Counted from the first letter of the stretch, positions 36,530-47,194 are shown. The stretch: 64,000 bases of DNA from an uncultured Gammaproteobacteria bacterium (GCA_964650355.1 CAZYTL010000002.1:6964-70963); one strand, 5' to 3'. Made by a program: numbers and translations. The notes: generated by a model not told the origin, from the letters alone.

Positions 36530-37450
36530 TTATAAAGGCTCTATCTTTAAATTTCGAATAATAGCCCCATGTTTCATATATGCTCTAAATCCAACTAATC
36601 CATACTTTAGCCTAAATGGGATACCTTGAACATGCCCTGCAAAGGACTTACCAGCGACCATGTTTCTATCTGTTTTGCCACTTTTTTCTTCATCCTGATT
36701 AACTCCTGATTCAATATGATTAACGTCGACATGTGTGGGGAGTACCCAATCAAAAACTGGTACTCCTTCATAAAATAAGTGGGCGGTATCTCCTTCTACT
36801 TCCAGTTTAATTTTAACGAAATCGGAAAAATTAAACGGGGCCTTAATTTCTTCAACACTCATCAATTCCCAACCACCACCGTATCTAATATGCGGTTTAA
36901 TACTTAAATCTAGAGAATCTTCAACATCTTTACCGATTTCTATCATAAAATAGTTATTTAAGTCTTCGGCTCTAAAAACTATCCCAATTCGCTTTTGGTA
37001 TCCCAATATCTTTTTATCCTTTTCATTTAAGAATCTCATCTCAAAGCTCATGCTTAAATTTTTCCAATAATAATCTTTTAAGAGATTACCTGCTCTGGAG
37101 GATTTCACAAATAAGTATCCTTCGATAGTCAATTCTGTTTTTCCATTAAAAATCCATTCCTTGGGCCAATTTTTGCTATTGAAAATGTACCTTTTATTCC
37201 TTTGAAAATAGCTCTTTATAGATTTAGGTAATTCCTTAGATAATACAAAGACCACAACTAAACATAAAAAGAATATAGCAACCCTAATAGCTTCTGGTGC
37301 GACTACAAAATAAGGAAACCTTATAGAAAAGTTTCTATTAAACAGCTCTCCTAAATATAGAAGAACTAAACTTCCAAGAAGCCAAATAATAACATCTACA
37401 ATTAACAGAAATTTATTCCTAAAGTTTAAATATCGATCTATTTTATCCAT
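36530..37450 (-). CDS. Hypothetical membrane-anchored protein (2 N-terminal TM helices plus a ~230 aa soluble domain). The gene is AT-rich.
   Basis: 306 aa. No recognisable motif. GC is noticeably lower than in neighbouring genes. Confidence 0.4.
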   Translation of the reverse strand: MDKIDRYLNFRNKFLLIVDVIIWLLGSLVLLYLGELFNRNFSIRFPYFVVAPEAIRVAIFFLCLVVVFVLSKELPKSIKSYFQRNKRYIFNSKNWPKEWIFNGKTELTIEGYLFVKSSRAGNLLKDYYWKNLSMSFEMRFLNEKDKKILGYQKRIGIVFRAEDLNNYFMIEIGKDVEDSLDLSIKPHIRYGGGWELMSVEEIKAPFNFSDFVKIKLEVEGDTAHLFYEGVPVFDWVLPTHVDVNHIESGVNQDEEKSGKTDRNMVAGKSFAGHVQGIPFRLKYGLVGFRAYMKHGAIIRNLKIEPL

Positions 37451-37478
37451 ATTCCTACATGAACAAAAAATGGTTATA

Positions 37479-38198
37479 TTAGACCTTCTTTAGCTTCATA
37501 ATAAGAAAAAGAGGGGTGATGTCCCCTGCTTTGTCTCCCATAATTTTTGCTCCGTTTGGTTCAACTACTTTTTCTAAACACAAGCCTGAGTCAGCAAATG
37601 AATTCAAATAGTCAGATAGCAGATAGTGGTAATGAAGGTGATCGTTTTCGGGATTAATCACTTGTCCGGTAACAAAATAGTTGGTGATGACTTTTCCTTT
37701 ACTTTCTCCTTTATCATTATACAAAGTGTAAACATGAGGAGGATTTTCAAAACAGGGATGAGTGATACTCACTACCAATGAACCTTGACTTTTCAGCACC
37801 CGTGAGAGTTCTTGGATGGCTGGAAATAAATCATCTATGTTTATCAAAGCCATGTTGCACAGAACCAAATCAAAGAATTTATCAGAGAATTCCAATTTTT
37901 TAATATCACCTACTCTAAACTCAAGTTTTTTAGTTTTCCCATATCTTGCTCGTGCTAAAGCTATGAACTTGGAATTAAAGTCAACACCAATAACTTTTTT
38001 GGCATTCAAAGCCATTTTTTGGGAAAGATAACCATTTCCACAGGCGGCATCCAATACCACTTTATTTTTAAGATCACCTAATAAATCACCCACTATTGGG
38101 TTAATAACCAGCCGATGATGTTTATCTCCCTGATCACCAACCAGTGAATCATAGTCTTCCGTAATTTCTTCCCAAAAAGTTTGATTATTCCTCCCCAT
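37479..38198 (-). CDS. Class I SAM-dependent methyltransferase
   Basis: Motif I VLDAACGNGYLS and overall length (239 aa). Confidence 0.75.
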   Translation of the reverse strand: MGRNNQTFWEEITEDYDSLVGDQGDKHHRLVINPIVGDLLGDLKNKVVLDAACGNGYLSQKMALNAKKVIGVDFNSKFIALARARYGKTKKLEFRVGDIKKLEFSDKFFDLVLCNMALINIDDLFPAIQELSRVLKSQGSLVVSITHPCFENPPHVYTLYNDKGESKGKVITNYFVTGQVINPENDHLHYHYLLSDYLNSFADSGLCLEKVVEPNGAKIMGDKAGDITPLFLIMKLKKV

Positions 38199-38302
38199 AC
38201 TGAGAGTATAACAAATATTTTCAGATGGACACTGAGTCTGAACTCATAACAGATCAATAGTGTTATGGGTGATTAATTATCAACAAGTGATAGAATATAG
38301 GC

Positions 38303-38890
38303 ATGGCAGTGCGGGATGTTTTGCAAATTGGTAATCCAAAATTAAAGGCGAAGAACAAGGCTTTCAAGAGTTTTAATAGTCCTAAATTGAAACAGGTAAT
38401 AAAAGACTTGGTAGACACCATGAAGAAAAATGAATTGGTGGGAATTGCAGGACCACAGATTGGAGTTAATTACAAGATACTTGTAACTCAACCGAGAAAA
38501 ACCAAGTATCGGCCAGCTAGCCAAGCAGATGTGCTCCGGGTTTATATTAATCCCAAAATCATTAAGTATTCAAAAAAGAAAAATACCATTTACGAAGGAT
38601 GCGGAAGCGTGGTGGAAGGAAATTTATTTGGTCCGGTAGTCCGACCCCAAGAAATTGTGATTGAGGCTTATGATAAGCATGGGAAGAAATTTCAGCTTGA
38701 TTGCGATGGATTGTTGGCCAGAGTAATTCAGCATGAGTATGATCATTTGTTTGGAATTGAGTTTACGGAAATCATTTCTGACTATTCCAAATTAGTAAAC
38801 CTGGAATTTTACCTTAAAACTATCAAAAAATCTGCTCAACAATTTCAGGCTTCAATGATCACTAAGAAGGAGTATAAGAAGCTTGGATAG
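38303..38890 (+). CDS. def: Peptide deformylase
   Basis: Motifs GIAGPQIG, EGCGS and HEYDHL (HExxH). Confidence 0.85.
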   Translation: MAVRDVLQIGNPKLKAKNKAFKSFNSPKLKQVIKDLVDTMKKNELVGIAGPQIGVNYKILVTQPRKTKYRPASQADVLRVYINPKIIKYSKKKNTIYEGCGSVVEGNLFGPVVRPQEIVIEAYDKHGKKFQLDCDGLLARVIQHEYDHLFGIEFTEIISDYSKLVNLEFYLKTIKKSAQQFQASMITKKEYKKLG

Positions 38891-38913
38891 AGTCGTTAGA
38901 ACACTAGAGTATT

Positions 38914-39696
38914 TTATATCCCCACGCTGTCGTAGACGGTGAGGCCTTTTTTCCACATGCGAGTGCTGATGAAAAACAGGCAACCATTAAGCAACAATCC
39001 GGTCAGGAAATTGTTGAGATTGAAACCGTGACGCAGCACGTCAACCGGGAGGTTGACGATAAAGAAAATGGGGATAATGAACATGAATAAGTTGGCGAGA
39101 AAACCGTCAAAAATGTCTTTGGGATAGCGGGAGATGTTTTGCAGTTCCCAATATAAATTGTTTAAGTAGTTGACATTAGTAGCCCAAAAGGACAGCGACA
39201 TAATGATCAGCAGAATCCATGTAAAAATCCCGACGCCAATGAGCACCATGGCTAGATAACCAATGATTTGCAGTAGGGAGAAGTTGAATTGATAATTCAC
39301 CAGATAATAAACTAGTAAGACTGGAGTGTTCAGTGAAGTCGATAAAAAGCCAATTTCAGAAATTGCTAAATTAAAAAGGGGGCTAAATGGCTTAATTAAA
39401 TAAGTATTCAGGCTACCATCAAGAATTCTGTCTTGTAAGCGGACAATGCCGCCGGAAGTAAATCGCCAGAAAATATCCCAAAATAAGGACAAGGTAAAAA
39501 TAAGCAATACGGCGTCTCTAAATGTCCAGCCGGCGAAACTGCCTACGCTGGAAAAAATGCTTTGAAAAAATAGCAGATCGACAATCACCCAAATAAACAA
39601 GTTGAAGACCTGTAGCCAAGCGGATAACCGATAAACCGTGGATTTGGTCAAGTTAAGCCGATGATAATGGAGATAAATTTTCAGTGCTTTGAGCAT
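38914..39696 (-). CDS. Putative ABC-2-type transporter permease
   Basis: 260 aa polytopic membrane protein, a paralog of the adjacent gene. No ATPase is adjacent. Confidence 0.4.
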   Translation of the reverse strand: MLKALKIYLHYHRLNLTKSTVYRLSAWLQVFNLFIWVIVDLLFFQSIFSSVGSFAGWTFRDAVLLIFTLSLFWDIFWRFTSGGIVRLQDRILDGSLNTYLIKPFSPLFNLAISEIGFLSTSLNTPVLLVYYLVNYQFNFSLLQIIGYLAMVLIGVGIFTWILLIIMSLSFWATNVNYLNNLYWELQNISRYPKDIFDGFLANLFMFIIPIFFIVNLPVDVLRHGFNLNNFLTGLLLNGCLFFISTRMWKKGLTVYDSVGI

Positions 39697-39699
39697 AAA

Positions 39700-40500
39700 T
39701 TAGATGCCGATAGATTCATATCTTTTAATGCCTTTTTGCCAAAGAAAGTAGTTAAATTTAAGCAAAATCAAAACCCAGAGAAATTGAATGGTTAGTTGGC
39801 AAAGTAAATTGTTAAGCGATAATTGGGATGTGGTCAGGATGGTGGTGGGAAAATAAATGGTTGCGGAAAAGGGCAAAAATTTCAAAATTGTTTGGAGCAG
39901 GTCAGGAAACAAAATAATAGGAATATATCCGCCGGCCAGAAATTTAGCCAGTTTTTTAACTGTACTGATGAGAAATTCTGATTCGATGATCCAAAAAGTG
40001 CGGTTGCCGATGATGAGGTAGAGTTGGCAATAAATAATTAACCCTAAAAATACGGCAAGGATGAAGCCGGCAATTCGATAAAAGCTCAGAGTATAAGTTA
40101 GTTGGGGGAGAGTTAACAAAATTAATATAAATAAAATTAAGGCAACGATGGCTTCGAAAAGAAATATACCTACATTCCCGGATAAGAAATAGATAATATA
40201 GTCCAGTGGTTTGATTAAATAAATGCTCACTTGGCCGTCTTTAATTTCTTTATAAATTTTTCTGCCGACATTGGTATCCACTAAGGAAGAGACGATCACT
40301 GCCAATAATGTGTAGCTAATCATTTGCCCAAAAGTCTGGCCTTTGACAGTCTCTCTGGTGGCATAAATTAGACGCCAAAATGCATATAAGGTAACGAAAA
40401 ATAGCAATCTAGTGATGATTGCCATAGAGGTATTGAACCGATATTCAAGCCTGTTCCGAATACTTAATTTGACGGCAAAGAAGTATTTTCTGAGTTTCAT
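39700..40500 (-). CDS. Putative ABC-2-type transporter permease
   Basis: 266 aa polytopic membrane protein. The N-terminal RNRLEYRFN motif resembles ABC-2 family permeases. Confidence 0.4.
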   Translation of the reverse strand: MKLRKYFFAVKLSIRNRLEYRFNTSMAIITRLLFFVTLYAFWRLIYATRETVKGQTFGQMISYTLLAVIVSSLVDTNVGRKIYKEIKDGQVSIYLIKPLDYIIYFLSGNVGIFLFEAIVALILFILILLTLPQLTYTLSFYRIAGFILAVFLGLIIYCQLYLIIGNRTFWIIESEFLISTVKKLAKFLAGGYIPIILFPDLLQTILKFLPFSATIYFPTTILTTSQLSLNNLLCQLTIQFLWVLILLKFNYFLWQKGIKRYESIGI

Positions 40501-40671
40501 ATAGACAAATTAGTACTACAAAATCCAGAAGAAATGAAGGGTCAGTTTCGGGATTTATTGGGGTCATTACAATAGTCCGAAAGGCCAAATAATAAAAAAC
40601 TGAGTTGAATTTCGTCTACCCGGTGTCAGTTAGATGACTGTTGTTTTTATGCTGAAGTTTATAATTAGATT

Positions 40672-41142
40672 ATGCTAAAAGTTGGTGATCAGGCCCCGTT
40701 GGAAATTAAGGTGAAAAGTATGCAGGGACAGGATGTATCCCTGAAAGATTTATTGGGTAAGTACGTGGTGGTGTATTTTTATCCCAGAGACAATACTCCG
40801 GGATGTACCAAAGAGGCTTGTAGTTTCCGAGACGTGAATACGGAGTTAAAGAAATTAGGAGTGAAGGTGATCGGAGTAAGCAAGGACAGCGTCAAATCGC
40901 ACCAGAAGTTTATTGATAAATATGGCTTAAATTTTGAACTCTGGTCTGATGAAGAACACAAATTAATTGAAGCGTTCGGAGCTTGGCAAGAGAAAAAGTT
41001 CATGGGCAGGAGTTTTATGGGCACGGTGAGGTCAACGTTTGTGATTGATCCCCAAGGAAAGATTTTTCAGGTATGGGAGAAGGTGAAGCCTGATGGTCAC
41101 GGAGAGGAAGTGTTGAAGTTGATGAAAGAAACTTTGAGATGA
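40672..41142 (+). CDS. bcp: Peroxiredoxin Bcp (thiol peroxidase)
   Basis: YFYPRDNTPGCTKEACSFRD active-site motif. 156 aa. Confidence 0.85.
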   Translation: MLKVGDQAPLEIKVKSMQGQDVSLKDLLGKYVVVYFYPRDNTPGCTKEACSFRDVNTELKKLGVKVIGVSKDSVKSHQKFIDKYGLNFELWSDEEHKLIEAFGAWQEKKFMGRSFMGTVRSTFVIDPQGKIFQVWEKVKPDGHGEEVLKLMKETLR

Positions 41143-42186
41143 TTATTTAAATTCAGTAATAAATTGTCGGCGTTTTTTGGTGGCTTTGCCTTTGGCACCA
41201 AGGACGGGATGAAGGGAAAGGTCTGCTGAATACTTACTCGCGGGAGGCGTTCTTCCCAATGCTTCAGCCATAGACCGCACGTGATGCGGGCTGCCTCCAC
41301 AGCAGATGCCGATGTAATTAACTCCTAATTCTTTGGCTTGCTTGGCAAAGTCGGCCATTTCAAACCTGGTTAATGTGAAAGGGTCAAGAGCGATGTAGGT
41401 GTGTTGTTCACCTTTCTGTTTCAGATGTTGGAAAATTGGCCGTTTTTGAGTGGTGCGATAAGGTACCGGTTGGGCGGCAATATAGCCACTTACTTTGTTT
41501 CTAAGTTTCTTTAATAACGGCAACATAGTAGCAGGACCTCGGCTGCAATTATAGCCGACGATATCAGCGCCTTGATCGTGGAGTTTCTTGCAGGCAGTTT
41601 CCCAATGATATCCGTCATGGGTTTTTTCTCCGGTAGTAGCAAAAGTGATCATGGCAGGAAATCCAGCTTCTTTAATTACTTGCAGTGCGATGAGTGCTTC
41701 ACCATAATGACTAAATGTTTCGGCGATCACAAAGTCGATGCCTTCTTCTTTGGCCCAAGTAACTTGTTCTTCAAACATGGGACGAACTATTTTTTCGGAG
41801 CGGGAATGATTTTGAGGATCATATTCCCATGTATTACTTAAGTCACCTGCCACCAAGGCATTACCTGCTCGAGCAATTTCCTGGGCTAGTCTGACGGCCT
41901 GGCGATTGAGATCTTCTAATAGATGTTCTTTACCAATGGCGCGCATTTTAGCCCGATGGCCATAATAGGTAAAGGCGACCATCACTTCTGCTCCGGCGCG
42001 GAGAAAGTCGCGATGCAGTTGTTTGACCGCTTCAGGGTGATCTAAAACCACCTCTGGGACATAAGGGCCGGCTTTAAGATAGCCTCGTCGTTCCAATTCA
42101 AATAGGTAACCTTCGGCGCCGAGAACTACTCCCTTTTTCAATCTGTCAAGAAGTCCGGGTTTGGTTTTGCGAAATTTCATAAGCAA
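41143..42186 (-). CDS. Homocysteine S-methyltransferase-domain protein
   Basis: The zinc-binding motifs GYNCSRGP and IGICCGGSP are typical of the Hcy-binding domain (MmuM/BHMT/MetH N-domain). Confidence 0.75.
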   Translation of the reverse strand: MLMKFRKTKPGLLDRLKKGVVLGAEGYLFELERRGYLKAGPYVPEVVLDHPEAVKQLHRDFLRAGAEVMVAFTYYGHRAKMRAIGKEHLLEDLNRQAVRLAQEIARAGNALVAGDLSNTWEYDPQNHSRSEKIVRPMFEEQVTWAKEEGIDFVIAETFSHYGEALIALQVIKEAGFPAMITFATTGEKTHDGYHWETACKKLHDQGADIVGYNCSRGPATMLPLLKKLRNKVSGYIAAQPVPYRTTQKRPIFQHLKQKGEQHTYIALDPFTLTRFEMADFAKQAKELGVNYIGICCGGSPHHVRSMAEALGRTPPASKYSADLSLHPVLGAKGKATKKRRQFITEFK

Positions 42187-42278
42187 TACGGCGATAATAG
42201 CAGCCTAATCCGAATCGGTCAAGATTGATAATCGGCAGTTCTATTGCAATTGATTTCCAGATTCGATAACTTATTAAT

Positions 42279-42974
42279 ATGAAGAGAAATAAATTTTGGC
42301 TGGGGTTTTTGGTGTTGGTATTGGGAGTTGAGGCAGTACTGTTCAAACCGCAACTGGATTGGGCGAGAAAGAATTTATCTCATCAGCATCGGGTGACAGG
42401 TGAGGATTTAAGCGGGGTTTACGATCCCGGAGAGGTAACTGGTTCCTGGTGGGGACAAGTTGTCCGATCTACTCAATTTTCAGAGCCGGAAAAGCTGGCT
42501 GATAAAAGGGTATTAGGTCAAACCACAGACAATAAACGCATTGAAATTGATTTGACAAACCAGAAGTTATATGCGTTCGAAGGTGAACGGAAGGTTTATG
42601 ACTTTCCTATTTCTTCCGGGTTGTATGACTGGACACCAAGAGGGGTGTTTAACATCTGGATCAAATTAAAGTACACCAGGATGGAAGGTGGAAATCCGGC
42701 ATTGGGAACTTATTATAATTTGCCCAATGTACCTTATACCATGTATTTTGCCAATGCTGACATTCCGCCCTGGAGAGGGTTTGGCATCCACGGGGCTTAT
42801 TGGCACAATGATTTCGGCCGGCCGAAAAGCCATGGGTGTGTTAATTTGCGACCGGAAGATGCGGCACTGCTTTACTATTGGGCAACGCCTGATTTACACG
42901 GCAAGAATTCTATTCGGGCCACAGCCGACAATCCGGGAACACAGATTATTATTTATGGAAAGTATCAAGGGTAG
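42279..42974 (+). CDS. L,D-transpeptidase (YkuD domain) with signal peptide
   Basis: Catalytic motif GFGIHGAYWHNDFGRPKSHGCVNL. N-terminal hydrophobic signal. Confidence 0.8.
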   Translation: MKRNKFWLGFLVLVLGVEAVLFKPQLDWARKNLSHQHRVTGEDLSGVYDPGEVTGSWWGQVVRSTQFSEPEKLADKRVLGQTTDNKRIEIDLTNQKLYAFEGERKVYDFPISSGLYDWTPRGVFNIWIKLKYTRMEGGNPALGTYYNLPNVPYTMYFANADIPPWRGFGIHGAYWHNDFGRPKSHGCVNLRPEDAALLYYWATPDLHGKNSIRATADNPGTQIIIYGKYQG

Positions 42975-43042
42975 GTGAAAAACGATCTTAACCCGCCGGC
43001 TGGCGGAACGAATCCTATCTGAATGGTACGAATAATTGTTGT

Positions 43043-44887
43043 TTACTCTTTATAGCTTTCGGACTGGATACGGAAGAGTTTGGCATAGAGGCCATTATGT
43101 TTCATTAGTTCCTGATGGCTGCCCTGCTCCACTAGTTTGCCTGATTCGATGACCACGATTCGGTCAGCTCTTTTCACAGTAGAAAATCGGTGGGAAATTA
43201 ATATCATGATGCGTTTTTTCACTGTACGAATGAGTTTATTAAATATTTCTTCTTCACTCTCCGGGTCTAAGTTGCTGGTCGGTTCATCAAGGATAATGAT
43301 TTTTGATTTTCTAAACAGGGATCGGGCAATGGCCACTTTTTGCCATTGGCCGGTTGAAAGTCCTACACCACCTTCGAGCTCTCTGATTAAAGGAGTTTGA
43401 TAGCCTTGGGACAAGGAAGCTAAATGATCGTTAATACCGGTGAGTTTGGCTACTTTTTTAATTCGATCTAAGTTGGAAATCTGGCTGATTTGACCGTAAC
43501 CGATACTTTCCTGGGCGCTCATGCCATAAGTCTCAAAATCTTGGAATAAAGCGCTGATGAGATGCCAATAATCATGGATGTCAAAATTTTGAATATTAAT
43601 GCCATTGACTAAAATCTGCCCGGATGTAGGTTGGTAGAAACGGCAAAGCAACTTAACCAAGGTGGTTTTACCGGCACCGTTGTGTCCTACGATGGCAATA
43701 TTTTCCTGAGGGTTGATAGTAAAGGAAATGTCTTTTAACGCGTAACGATTGGCGTTAGGGTATTTGAAAGAAACGTTATGAAAGTCAATTTGTTTGATCT
43801 GTTCAAAGGATATTTTGGGGCCCTGGTCAGCGGTTTCAGGAAGATTAAGGATAGTTTGTAATTTTTCAATAAAGACCGAAGTTTCTCTCAGACTGGCATA
43901 ATTATCAATAATTCCCTTGCCCTGATCAGAAAACCGGTAAGTGGTATTGATCAGTAGTTGCCAATTACCAATGGTTCCAGATCCGGCGATCAGTTGTCGC
44001 AGATAAAGGTAGCTGGTGGCAAAGATACCGGCATTAGGTAAGATAGCGCCAATAATTCGGCCTCTAAGTAGTTGGTTCTCTACCTGTTCATAAAATCCTA
44101 ACGATTTGTTTTGCAGTTGAATTAACTTGTTTTTAATGTAGCTCCCGATGTTTAAGATTCTGGCTTCATAACTGCCCTTGATGCTCTCCAAAAATTCCAT
44201 ATAAATATCCATGTAACGACTGACTTTCGAAGTTAAAGCTACCCGCTGGGTGATTTTTTTAACGGCGGGATTTACAGTTAAAGCCCTAGGAATTTGGACA
44301 ACCACCATGATCAGTAAATATAACCAACTGAATCCCAGAATCACTCCACCGGTGACGATTAGGGTAATGGTGGAAGCAACTAAGCTGACTGCTTGGTCTA
44401 CCAGAGGAAAAATCCGCATAGCGCTTTCACGCTTAACTAATACATATTTATCCCGGAAATCGCTGCTTTCAATGGTAGTAACAGGCAAAGCAGCATGTTT
44501 ACTGGCCAAGTCAATTTCAAGTTGAGAGACTAGCCTTCTCTGCAGGATCCGGCCGATGACTATCCGATGACGAAAGCTATATTGATCCCAAGCATCTACA
44601 ATAAAGTGTCCGGCAATAATTAAGGTAATTCTGAAGAGAATAACAGAAGGATCAATCTGGCCGATGAGGGTTAAAGTGTCGATAGTGAGCTTGATAAAAT
44701 AGGCATTGACGACCGGATGAATGCTTTTGTATGTTTGCAAAAATAGCAATAGCCAGATCTTTCTGCCCGCTACCTTGTGACTGTAGGAAAAGCTGAATTT
44801 GACTGCCTGAAGTATGGATTGAATATAATCGGTATGTTTCTTCATGAAGGATAAATAATTGTTAGCTTTGCCCCTAGCTGGACCCAT
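43043..44887 (-). CDS. ABC exporter, fused permease and ATPase (second MsbA-like paralog)
   Basis: 614 aa. Walker A (GHNGAGKTTLVKL), signature (LSTGQWQK) and Walker B (IIILDEPTSNLD). Confidence 0.85.
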   Translation of the reverse strand: MGPARGKANNYLSFMKKHTDYIQSILQAVKFSFSYSHKVAGRKIWLLLFLQTYKSIHPVVNAYFIKLTIDTLTLIGQIDPSVILFRITLIIAGHFIVDAWDQYSFRHRIVIGRILQRRLVSQLEIDLASKHAALPVTTIESSDFRDKYVLVKRESAMRIFPLVDQAVSLVASTITLIVTGGVILGFSWLYLLIMVVVQIPRALTVNPAVKKITQRVALTSKVSRYMDIYMEFLESIKGSYEARILNIGSYIKNKLIQLQNKSLGFYEQVENQLLRGRIIGAILPNAGIFATSYLYLRQLIAGSGTIGNWQLLINTTYRFSDQGKGIIDNYASLRETSVFIEKLQTILNLPETADQGPKISFEQIKQIDFHNVSFKYPNANRYALKDISFTINPQENIAIVGHNGAGKTTLVKLLCRFYQPTSGQILVNGINIQNFDIHDYWHLISALFQDFETYGMSAQESIGYGQISQISNLDRIKKVAKLTGINDHLASLSQGYQTPLIRELEGGVGLSTGQWQKVAIARSLFRKSKIIILDEPTSNLDPESEEEIFNKLIRTVKKRIMILISHRFSTVKRADRIVVIESGKLVEQGSHQELMKHNGLYAKLFRIQSESYKE

Positions 44888-45014
44888 TGTACAATAGTAA
44901 TTGTATGAGTGAGAATATGAAGGGACAGAAGTTGTACGATAGAAAGGATGATGTCAACTTTCCTGCTATCAATATCTAATCTGATATCATTAAGTTAAAA
45001 TCGTGCTCTAGGCT

Positions 45015-45914
45015 ATGAAGCAGACGATATTTGCCACCAATACTAACCGAGATTTAGCTAAATCATTGACTAAGATCTCAGGCTGGAAAATGGGTAAATG
45101 TTTGGTGGGGAGGTATGCGGATGGGGAGGTACGAGTGGAGTTAGAGGAAGCGGTTGACGGGCAACGCGTTTATGTATTGGGTTCCACTTTTCCGCCCGCG
45201 GAAAATTTTATCGAGTTGTTGTTATTAATTCACACTTTAAAGGTTAACAAGGCTAAAAAGGTAACAGTGGTGATCCCCTATTTGGGTTATGCCAAATCGG
45301 ATCAAATTACAGAACAAAGTAATTCTTTAAGCGCAAAACTCGCAGTTCAATTAATTGAAGAGGTGGGGGTAGATGAATTAATAGCCGTTGATTTACATAG
45401 TAAAGCGGTAGAAAAGTTTTTTACCATCCCCTTGAAATCTCTGAGTGCAGTCCCTTTACTGGCTGATCGGCTTAAAAATCTGAAGATTGATAACTTGGCT
45501 ATTGTCTCTCCTGACTTGGGCGGAGTGGTCAAGGCCAGACGGTTCGCTAAATTGGCAGGAACTAATTTGATGGTAGTGATTGAAAAACACCGACCGCAAG
45601 TAGATCAGGCAGAGGTGGTAAGGATTACCGGAAACGTGAAAGGTAAAAATGCGGTGATTGTAGATGACCTGATTCAGACCGGAAATACTCTGATAAAAGC
45701 GGCTGAATGTTTAAAGAATCATGGGGCAGATGAGATTTATGTATGTGTCACTCATTTAGTACCCACAGCAGGAGCGGTGGAAAAATTAACTAAAAATTCT
45801 GATATTAAAATGGTGATGGTAACAGACACCATTCCCCTACCGAAAGATAGCTTGTCTGAAAAGTTTGAGATTGTTTCGGTAGTTGATTTAATTGCTAAGG
45901 CTATTAATGGATAA
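45015..45914 (+). CDS. prs: Ribose-phosphate pyrophosphokinase
   Basis: 299 aa with a PRPP-binding loop (VIVDDLIQTGNTL) and an N-terminal domain typical of Prs. Confidence 0.85.
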   Translation: MKQTIFATNTNRDLAKSLTKISGWKMGKCLVGRYADGEVRVELEEAVDGQRVYVLGSTFPPAENFIELLLLIHTLKVNKAKKVTVVIPYLGYAKSDQITEQSNSLSAKLAVQLIEEVGVDELIAVDLHSKAVEKFFTIPLKSLSAVPLLADRLKNLKIDNLAIVSPDLGGVVKARRFAKLAGTNLMVVIEKHRPQVDQAEVVRITGNVKGKNAVIVDDLIQTGNTLIKAAECLKNHGADEIYVCVTHLVPTAGAVEKLTKNSDIKMVMVTDTIPLPKDSLSEKFEIVSVVDLIAKAING

Positions 45915-46536
45915 ACTGGTACAAATTCCTATCAATTCAATTAAGCTTGAGGGCAAGTTGGTGGTTCCGGAATCCACAAAAGAGATGGTAATTTTTTCCT
46001 ACGGCAGTGGTAGCAGCCGGCATAGCCCGAGAGATAACTTTGTGGCAGAAGTGCTACAGAAAGCCGGGATGGGAACTTTACTGTTTGACTTATTAACTGA
46101 GGAGGAAGATGAGACTTATGCCAACCGATTCGATATTGATCTGTTAACTGAAAGGCTAATGATCGCGACTAAATGGGTTCAAAAGCAGATTGAGATAGAA
46201 GGGCTGAATATAGGCTATTTTGGTGCCAGCACCGGAGCTGCTTCGGCCCTCCGAGCCGCAGCCGGTCTCGGAGACGAGATTAAAGCGGTGGTATCCCGCG
46301 GAGGAAGACCGGATTTGGCAAGAGAGGTATTTGGCAAAGTAAAATCTCCTACGCTACTAATTGTGGGAGGCCGTGATTATCAGGTAATTGAGTTGAACCA
46401 ATGGGCATATGAGCAAATTAAGACGGAAAAGGAGTTGAAGATTGTGCCTGGTGCGACTCACTTATTTGAAGAACCGGGAACGCTGGAAGAAGTAGCTGAG
46501 TTAGCAAAAGATTGGTTTAGGAAGTATTTGGTTTGA
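45907..46536 (+). CDS. Dienelactone hydrolase-family alpha/beta hydrolase
   Basis: The nucleophile elbow GASTGAA and overall similarity to DLH. Its ATG overlaps the prs stop (aATGgaTAA). The ORF-track start at 45892 is less likely. Confidence 0.6.
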   Translation: MDKLVQIPINSIKLEGKLVVPESTKEMVIFSYGSGSSRHSPRDNFVAEVLQKAGMGTLLFDLLTEEEDETYANRFDIDLLTERLMIATKWVQKQIEIEGLNIGYFGASTGAASALRAAAGLGDEIKAVVSRGGRPDLAREVFGKVKSPTLLIVGGRDYQVIELNQWAYEQIKTEKELKIVPGATHLFEEPGTLEEVAELAKDWFRKYLV

Positions 46537-47194
46537 TGGATTGGAGAAGTTGAATTACCTGTTCGTCAGAAACCTGGTCGAATTTTTGGTAATAAGCGCC
46601 GACTGCTCCTACGTAGTTTTCAGGAGCCTCAAGAATAATTAGTTCGTCTACTTCTGACTTTATTTGTTCGGCAGTATCTTTAGGAGCCACAGGAATGGCG
46701 GCGATTAGTTTTTTGGGTTGTCGATGTTTAAGTTCCTGGATGGCTAAGCGGAAGGATAACCCAGTAGCTACGCCGTCATCCACTAAGATGGCAATTTTGT
46801 TTTTGGCTTTAAGGCTTGGTTTATCTTTAAGATATGTCTGACGTCTTCTTTGGGCTTCTTGGATTTCTTCTTGAGTTACTTTTTCCAGCCATTGAGGATC
46901 TAAGGAGGTCTTTTCTTGCTCGTTAAATAAGCTATGGCCGTCTTCGGAAACGATACCCACGGCATATTCCGGACTCCAGGGATGGCCGATTTTTCTGGTG
47001 ATGATCAGGTCGAGAGGAGCTTTAAGATGACGGGCAATTTCGACACCTAAAACAACTCCTCCGCGGGGAATGGCGTAGATGATAACCTGCCCTTTGTTTT
47101 GGTATTTTTCCAATTTTTTAGCTAACTGTTGACCAGCGTCAGTTCGATCTTGGAAGGTAATAGACGGTTGGCCTAAAAGTTGGGCCAGACTCAT
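46517..47194 (-). CDS. Phosphoribosyltransferase-domain protein
   Basis: PRTase motif ILVDDGVATGLS. 225 aa. Confidence 0.7.
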   Translation of the reverse strand: MSLAQLLGQPSITFQDRTDAGQQLAKKLEKYQNKGQVIIYAIPRGGVVLGVEIARHLKAPLDLIITRKIGHPWSPEYAVGIVSEDGHSLFNEQEKTSLDPQWLEKVTQEEIQEAQRRRQTYLKDKPSLKAKNKIAILVDDGVATGLSFRLAIQELKHRQPKKLIAAIPVAPKDTAEQIKSEVDELIILEAPENYVGAVGAYYQKFDQVSDEQVIQLLQSIKPNTS

